64,000 nucleotides of DNA, taken from a bacterium (GTDB lineage: Bacteria; Patescibacteriota; Minisyncoccia; UBA6257; GWB1-50-10). A program made the position numbers and the translations under genes. The stretch covers positions 41,590 through 105,589 of the forward strand of contig JAKAID010000001.1 of assembly GCA_021814545.1 (NCBI GenBank), written 5' to 3'. The notes under the pieces are model-generated. The model was not told the origin of the DNA. It made no database searches and saw only the letters and a program-made list of their open reading frames with translations. This document shows positions 58,717 through 64,000 of the stretch, one piece after another (the first letter of the stretch is position 1; each line of letters begins with the position of its first letter).

Positions 58717-59183
58717 TTACACGATCTGATAATACACCTCACGGAGCCCCTTGATATCGAGCGTGAGCCAGCGCGCCCAGGTGATTTTTACTTTGAACAT
58801 CGAAAAATTGACGCCGAGCATATTGAAGAAGGGGCCATAGAACAGGGCCTGCAGCATCGCGTCTTTTGTGAGATTGTTCACGAATTCGTTCTGTTTCTCC
58901 TGGCCGCTTATCATTTCCGCCGTGCCCTCCATTTGCATGGTCGATGGGCCAAGCTCAGTACCGATGACAATGGAGACGTTCGGGTTCTTTGCGATGTTCC
59001 CGACCTTGCGGGTGTCCGCGCGGGTTACGAAGCAGAGGTTGAAGTTCTCATCGATAAAGTAGAGAAGGAGCGCTGACTCCGGTTTCCCCTCCGGCGAAAC
59101 GGTTGAAATGACCGCGAGCTTGTGCTTTTGAGGAATTTGAATGCCTCCTCCCTTACTTCCGCACTCGCCATTTCTGTTTTCAT
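58717..59183 (-). pseudogene. pyridoxamine 5'-phosphate oxidase-like FMN-binding protein, frameshifted
   Basis: LAVISTVSPEGKP..TRKVGNIAKNPNVS is out of frame with ATG 59183; adding one A at the run 59126-59129 restores 155 aa. Confidence 0.8.
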
Positions 59184-59283
59184 GGCCTTATTTTATCATA
59201 TTGGACCTCACGCGGTTCCTTGACAGAGAGTTCTATTTGTTTTGTTACTTGACATCAATGACCTATTGTGCTACACTTTTTTC

Positions 59284-59553
59284 ATGAACTTCGACAGAAT
59301 GCCGCGCAAGCCGCTTAGCAAGGAAGAGCTCGCTGCGTCGCGAGAAACCGACATGCGCGCTGCCTCGTACGAGGCGCAAAAAGAGCAGGAAGAGAAGAAG
59401 GAAGTAATGGAAAAGCGCGAGCGGGAGCCCGAGGTCGAATTCACGGCCAAGGACATCGAGGAAGCGGAAACGCCCGCAAGAGGCACCGCGCCCACAAAGA
59501 AGCCTTCGTGGAAACACGAAGAGAAGGAGTTTAGCCCGGAAGAGCTTCAGTAG
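59284..59553 (+). CDS. charged, probably disordered hypothetical protein
   Basis: TTGACA-17-TACACT ending 6 nt before ATG; terminator at ~59560-59589. Confidence 0.75.
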   Translation: MNFDRMPRKPLSKEELAASRETDMRAASYEAQKEQEEKKEVMEKREREPEVEFTAKDIEEAETPARGTAPTKKPSWKHEEKEFSPEELQ

Positions 59554-59620
59554 CACATGCGCCTGTCCCAAAAGGGACAGGCGTTTTTCATTCCTGAAAT
59601 GCTACAGTAAAAGAAGGCAT

Positions 59621-62149
59621 ATGGAGTATAATTTTGCGGCAGTTTCCGTTGCAGAACTTTTTAACATTTTAGGTACCCGGCCGGAGGGGCTTCATGAGCG
59701 CGCGGTAGAGCGGCGGCTTCGCAAATACGGGAAAAACGAGCTCGCCGTAGGGCGCGAGGCACATGTGCTCATCGATCTCCTCACCCGCCTCGCCAGCCCC
59801 CTCATTATTCTCCTCATTGTTATTGCGCTTTTCGCGTATTTTTTTGGCGATAGAGTGAGCGCTCTTGTGGTGAGTGCCATGATAGTCATGAGTGTGGGGC
59901 TTTCGTTTTTTCAGGAGCGGCGCGCGAAGCGAGCGGCGCGGCAATTAGGAGAGATCGTGCAGACCATGTGCATGGTTATGCGCGACGGCGTGCGGAAAGA
60001 GGTTCCCTTACGCGATATCGTACCCGGCGATGTGGTGGTGCTCTCCGCGGGCGACGTGTTGCCCGGCGATGTGCGCATTATCGAGAGCAAGAATTTATTC
60101 GTGAATCAGTCGGTGCTTACCGGCGAATCCTTCCCTGCCGAGAAACATACAGCTCCTGTTCCGCATAGCGAAGCGCTCACTCCGCATACGCCGGACATGG
60201 CATTCATGGGAACTTCGGTTATGAGCGGCGAAGGGTTGGGTGTTGTTGTGGCAACGGGGCGGTACACCGAATTTGGCCTTATTGCACAAAAACTTGCCGA
60301 GGAGAAGGCGGTGACCGCGTTCGACCGTCAGATAAACGAGTTCGTGCGCGCCATGATAGTCATGATAATCGCGGTGGCTGTCGCGATAATAGGCATTCGC
60401 TTGTTGAAGCACGAGGACCTCGTGGAGTCGCTTTTCTTTGCGCTCGCGCTCGCCGTACAGATAACGCCGGAAACCCTTCCGGTTATCATCACGCTGAACC
60501 TTTCTCGCGGCGCGCTCGCCATGGCGAAGAAAAAAGTGGTGGTAAAACGCCTGAATGCCATCCAAAATTTAGGTGCAATGGATGTGCTTTGTACCGATAA
60601 AACGGGTACGCTCACCATGAATGAGGTTATTTTGGAGCGCCACGTGGACGTGAGCGGCAAGGACGACGAAAGCGTGTTCATATACGGATATATCAATAGC
60701 TACTATCAGACCGGCATACGGAATCTTTTGAATGGCGCCATCTTGAAGCATAAACGTGAGGATTTGCACGCCTACACGAAGGTTGATGAGGTCCCCTTTG
60801 ATTTCGAACGGAAGATAAACTCGGTCGCAGTGAAGCGCGACAATGACCTTGTCTTCATCGCGGTCGGCGCGCCGGAAGAAATTATGAAGCGGTGCGTGAA
60901 TTATTACGAGCATGGCGGCGCGCACCCGTTCGACGGCGCTGCCGCCGCACGGATGGTGCGCGTACACAGCGCCTTGAGCGGCGAAGGGTTTCGCGTGCTC
61001 GCGGTCGCCTATCGCCACATCGAAGAGAAAAAAGCGTACGGCGTAGCGGATGAATCATCACTCACGCTCAAGGGTTTCATGGCGTTCCTTGACCCGCCGA
61101 AACCAACCGCGCGCGAAGCGGTGCGTGCGATAGAGAATGCGGGAGTAACGTTCAAGGTTATTACCGGCGACAATGAGCTTGTTACGAAAAAAATATGCAT
61201 CGACCTTGGTATTCCTGCCGATGTCATGCTCGAAGGAAGTCAACTCGAAACTATGAACGATGCGGAGCTTGCGCGGCATGTCGAGCATACGAGCATTTTT
61301 GCGCGGGTTACTCCGAAGCAGAAAGAGCGCATCGTACGTGCGCTTATCGCCCGCGGGCATACCGTGGGGTATTTGGGCGACGGTATTAACGATGCGCTCT
61401 CGCTTCGCGCTGCCGACGTCGGCATTTCGGTCAATAATGCGGTCGACGTTGCGAAAGAGTCCGCGGGTATCGTGCTGCTCGAGAAAGACCTCGATGTACT
61501 TATGGACGGCGTGCGTGAAGGGCGGAAGGTGTACGGCAATTTCGTGAAGTATATCCGCATGACGAGCATGGTGAACGTGGGGTATATGCTCACCACGTTA
61601 TTTTCGAGCGTGTTCCTCCCCTTTCTGCCGATGGCGCCCGTGCAGATGCTTCTCAATAACTACCTCTACGAAATTGGGCAAACGGGTATTCCCGGCGATA
61701 ACGTGGATAAGGAGTACATCGCGCGCCCGAAAACATGGCACATTCGCTCCATACTGCTCTTCATGGTGACCTTGGGGCCACTCGCATCATTCTTCGACCT
61801 CATAATGTTCTGCGCGCTTTGGTGGGTGCTTGGCGCAGGAATGAACGAGCAGCTGTTCCAGACGGGCTGGTTCCTTGAAGCAACGCTTGCGCAGATGCTT
61901 CTCATTTTTGTGATACGCACGCGGAAGCTCCCCTTTGTCGAGAGTAGGCCGAGCAAACTCCTTTTCGGTCTTTCGTTTGTCATCCTTATTTTTGTGTTCG
62001 CGCTTCCCTTTACGCCACTCGCGGCATCATTCCGCCTTGTGCCTATGTCGCTTCTGTACTATCCGCTTGCCGTAGGCGTTGTGGGCGCGTATCTTGCGAC
62101 CGTCTGGTACGCGAAGAATTGGTTTATTCAGCGCATTACGGGAAGCTAA
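59621..62149 (+). CDS. mgtA: Mg2+-translocating P-type ATPase
   Basis: TGES, PETLP, DKTGTLT, GDGIND, FQTGWF. Confidence 0.92.
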   Translation: MEYNFAAVSVAELFNILGTRPEGLHERAVERRLRKYGKNELAVGREAHVLIDLLTRLASPLIILLIVIALFAYFFGDRVSALVVSAMIVMSVGLSFFQERRAKRAARQLGEIVQTMCMVMRDGVRKEVPLRDIVPGDVVVLSAGDVLPGDVRIIESKNLFVNQSVLTGESFPAEKHTAPVPHSEALTPHTPDMAFMGTSVMSGEGLGVVVATGRYTEFGLIAQKLAEEKAVTAFDRQINEFVRAMIVMIIAVAVAIIGIRLLKHEDLVESLFFALALAVQITPETLPVIITLNLSRGALAMAKKKVVVKRLNAIQNLGAMDVLCTDKTGTLTMNEVILERHVDVSGKDDESVFIYGYINSYYQTGIRNLLNGAILKHKREDLHAYTKVDEVPFDFERKINSVAVKRDNDLVFIAVGAPEEIMKRCVNYYEHGGAHPFDGAAAARMVRVHSALSGEGFRVLAVAYRHIEEKKAYGVADESSLTLKGFMAFLDPPKPTAREAVRAIENAGVTFKVITGDNELVTKKICIDLGIPADVMLEGSQLETMNDAELARHVEHTSIFARVTPKQKERIVRALIARGHTVGYLGDGINDALSLRAADVGISVNNAVDVAKESAGIVLLEKDLDVLMDGVREGRKVYGNFVKYIRMTSMVNVGYMLTTLFSSVFLPFLPMAPVQMLLNNYLYEIGQTGIPGDNVDKEYIARPKTWHIRSILLFMVTLGPLASFFDLIMFCALWWVLGAGMNEQLFQTGWFLEATLAQMLLIFVIRTRKLPFVESRPSKLLFGLSFVILIFVFALPFTPLAASFRLVPMSLLYYPLAVGVVGAYLATVWYAKNWFIQRITGS

Positions 62150-63091
62150 CTATTGCCACGGGAATGAGCGGCCGAAATGCCCCCAGGCTGCGGTGTTCGC
62201 CCATTTGATGCTTCCAAGATCGAGGAATGCGTAGATACCCCGCGTTGAGAGGTCGTATTTTCCCACAAGAGATTCTTCTTTGCCATCGATATGTGCGACC
62301 GCCATCACCGGGTCTCGTTTGCCTATTGCGTATGCGAGCGACACTTTCACTTCATTTGCTTTGCGTGATTTGAGAAGGTCAACCGCGAGTTTGCGCGCCG
62401 CATACGCGCCGCTGCGGTCAACTTTCGTGTAGTCTTTGCCCGAGAAGGAGCCGCCGCCTATGCCCACCTGTGGCCCGTAGTTGTCGATGACTATCTTCCT
62501 GCCTGAAAGGCCGGTATCCGAGTCAAAACCACCGAGCGTCCATTCGCCTGCCGGGTTGATACTATATTCGTCCGCGTGAACATTTTTTCGGACCAGTCGC
62601 TCCAGATCGGCAGTTTTTGCGTTCTGAAAACTTGCGACGACCGCGCGCACCGTATCACCCTCGAGCGTAACTTGCGTTTTCCCGTCATAGGGGTATACCG
62701 CAAAAATAGTTTTGCAGAGGTCGCGCGCGAGCACGTACTCCTTCGGAAGGAATTCCGGCGTTTCGCGCGTGGCATAGCCCACCATAATGCCCTGGTCGCC
62801 TGCGCCTCCCGTATCCACGCCGCGCGCGATGAACGGACTCTGCTTCTCTACGTACGAACGGACCTGGAAATCACGCCCTACGATGTCCTGCACCACTTTT
62901 TGGATATCAACTTGCGCCTTGCTTGTTACCTCGCCCGAAATGAATATCCTGCGATGGCCGCCCATCACTTCTATCGCTACCCTGCTCCCCTTATCTTTGC
63001 GCATGAACGCATCGAGGACCGAATCTGCGAGGAAATCGCATATCTTGTCCGGATGTTTCGGCGAAACGAACTCGCATGTTCTTGTGTTCAT
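62150..63091 (-). CDS. metK: S-adenosylmethionine synthetase (compact, 313 aa)
   Basis: HPDKICD, GAGDQG, DGKTQ, GLSGRK, GGGSFSGKD, KVDRSG. Confidence 0.93.
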   Translation of the reverse strand: MNTRTCEFVSPKHPDKICDFLADSVLDAFMRKDKGSRVAIEVMGGHRRIFISGEVTSKAQVDIQKVVQDIVGRDFQVRSYVEKQSPFIARGVDTGGAGDQGIMVGYATRETPEFLPKEYVLARDLCKTIFAVYPYDGKTQVTLEGDTVRAVVASFQNAKTADLERLVRKNVHADEYSINPAGEWTLGGFDSDTGLSGRKIVIDNYGPQVGIGGGSFSGKDYTKVDRSGAYAARKLAVDLLKSRKANEVKVSLAYAIGKRDPVMAVAHIDGKEESLVGKYDLSTRGIYAFLDLGSIKWANTAAWGHFGRSFPWQ

Positions 63092-63115
63092 AGGTGTTTT
63101 ATTGCAATCGAATAT

Positions 63116-63146
63116 AAAAAGAAATTCCTCTCTGAAATGAGAGGAA
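63116..63146 (-). terminator. riboswitch-controlled terminator
   Basis: ttcctctc/gagaggaa stem plus T-tract on the minus strand. Confidence 0.75.
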
Positions 63147-63159
63147 GCTGTGTGTCGAC

Positions 63160-63266
63160 CTTTATCTTCCCCTGTTCCAGGGTTGGATGGAGCACCTTCT
63201 TTGAGTTCCCAAAGGGTTGCTGGGTGGATCACGGAGCCAATTCTCTCCCCACCGCTCTTCATAAGT
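63160..63266 (-). promoter_or_regulatory. SAM-I (S-box) riboswitch
   Basis: CTTATGAAGAGCGGTGGGGAGAGAATTGGCTCCGTGA..CAGCAACC..GGTGC..GAAGATAA upstream of metK. Confidence 0.88.
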
Positions 63267-63319
63267 ATTCGATTGTACGAGCAGTATATCACACGAAGTT
63301 TCGTGATACAATCATTTCC

Positions 63320-64000
63320 ATGAAACGTGTTGTGGTGGTTGGGGGCGGTTCCGGTACGTTTAATGTGCTCAAGGGCTTGAAGCATTATCCTGTCGCCATT
63401 ACTGCGATAGTCACGGCATTCGACAGCGGCGGGAGTTCCGGACTCCTCCGAGACGAGTTCGGCACGCTGCCGCCGGGCGACGTGCGCCGGTGTCTTGTCG
63501 CGCTCGCACCCGAGGGCGAAGATACTACGCTCCGCGACCTTTTCTCGTTCCGTTTCAAAAAAGACAGTTCGCTTCAGGGGCATAATTTTGGCAATTTGTT
63601 TCTCCAGGCGCTTATTGAAACCTCTGGTGGCGAACTTGAGGCGATACGCCGCGCCGCGCGGCTTCTCAATATCAAGGGCGCGGTGCTTCCCGTCTCGACC
63701 GACCGCGCGCACCTCTGCGCGGAACTTGAAGATGGCGCCGTTATCAAGGGCGAGACGAATATCGATATTCCGAAGCATGACGGCGCATTGAAGATAACGC
63801 GCGTATTCCTTGAACCCGCCGCATCGCTTTGCGACGATGCACGGCGCGTGTTGCAGGAAGCGGACCTCATTATTTTCGGACCCGGCGACCTCTACTCCTC
63901 CATTATTCCGAACACACTGGTACGTGGGTTTGGCGAAGCAGTGAAGAAAAGTCGCGCAAAAACGTGTTTTGTAATGAACGCGATGACCAAGTGGGGCGAA
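63320..64000 (+). CDS. yvcK: YvcK/CofD-like protein (partial, absent from the ORF track)
   Basis: VVVGGGSG, DSGGSSG.LR, PPGDVRRC, GHNFGN, GPGDLYSS. Confidence 0.92.
   Translation, partial: MKRVVVVGGGSGTFNVLKGLKHYPVAITAIVTAFDSGGSSGLLRDEFGTLPPGDVRRCLVALAPEGEDTTLRDLFSFRFKKDSSLQGHNFGNLFLQALIETSGGELEAIRRAARLLNIKGAVLPVSTDRAHLCAELEDGAVIKGETNIDIPKHDGALKITRVFLEPAASLCDDARRVLQEADLIIFGPGDLYSSIIPNTLVRGFGEAVKKSRAKTCFVMNAMTKWGE

Noticed and set aside
16394-59585. Shared stem cgcctgtcc/ggacaggcg at ~16396 and ~59560
   Set aside because: Both are short terminators with U-tracts; too little sequence to call a repeat family.
62150-63778. 542-aa MetK with a long N-terminal extension
   Set aside because: The extension is the antisense of yvcK plus the riboswitch; the real start is 63091.
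1-64000. Alternative genetic code (UGA=Gly as in Gracilibacteria)
   Set aside because: Genes are intact under code 11, and dnaG, scpA and dinB end in TGA.

Overview
Core chromosomal segment of a CPR bacterium (Patescibacteria, Parcubacteria-like), genetic code 11. The taxonomic call is inferred from no rpmD between rpsE and rplO, shortened AlaRS/AspRS/DnaX/MetK, split ComEC and a T4SS-coupling-like ATPase. Contents: dnaG-rpoD, alaS, efp, mnmA, comEC, aspS, ndk, pyrF, the str/S10/spc ribosomal cluster through secY-adk-map-secA, a minus-strand block (gltX, murG, ftsW, mraY, dacA, scpAB, ychF), dnaX, dinB, mgtA, metK under a SAM-I riboswitch, tRNA-Pro, tRNA-Gln and a 6S-like RNA candidate. I saw no CRISPR array, transposase or prophage. 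The most unusual signal is a dispersed family of long, modular, nested palindromes with conserved CGCT(C)-rich internal loops and covarying stems. They lie in intergenic gaps, next to duplicated tRNA ends, and in-frame inside mnmA, which shares a 29-bp identical core with an intergenic copy. Other highlights: pervasive apparently leaderless genes alongside SD-led orphan cassettes, uL3 missing about 65 internal residues, a symmetric dif-like site at the strand switch, a metallothionein-like peptide, an HTH protein with a duplicated CxHx5Hx3C motif, and a degenerate D-aminoacylase in the dcw cluster. All calls were made by eye, with no database searches.
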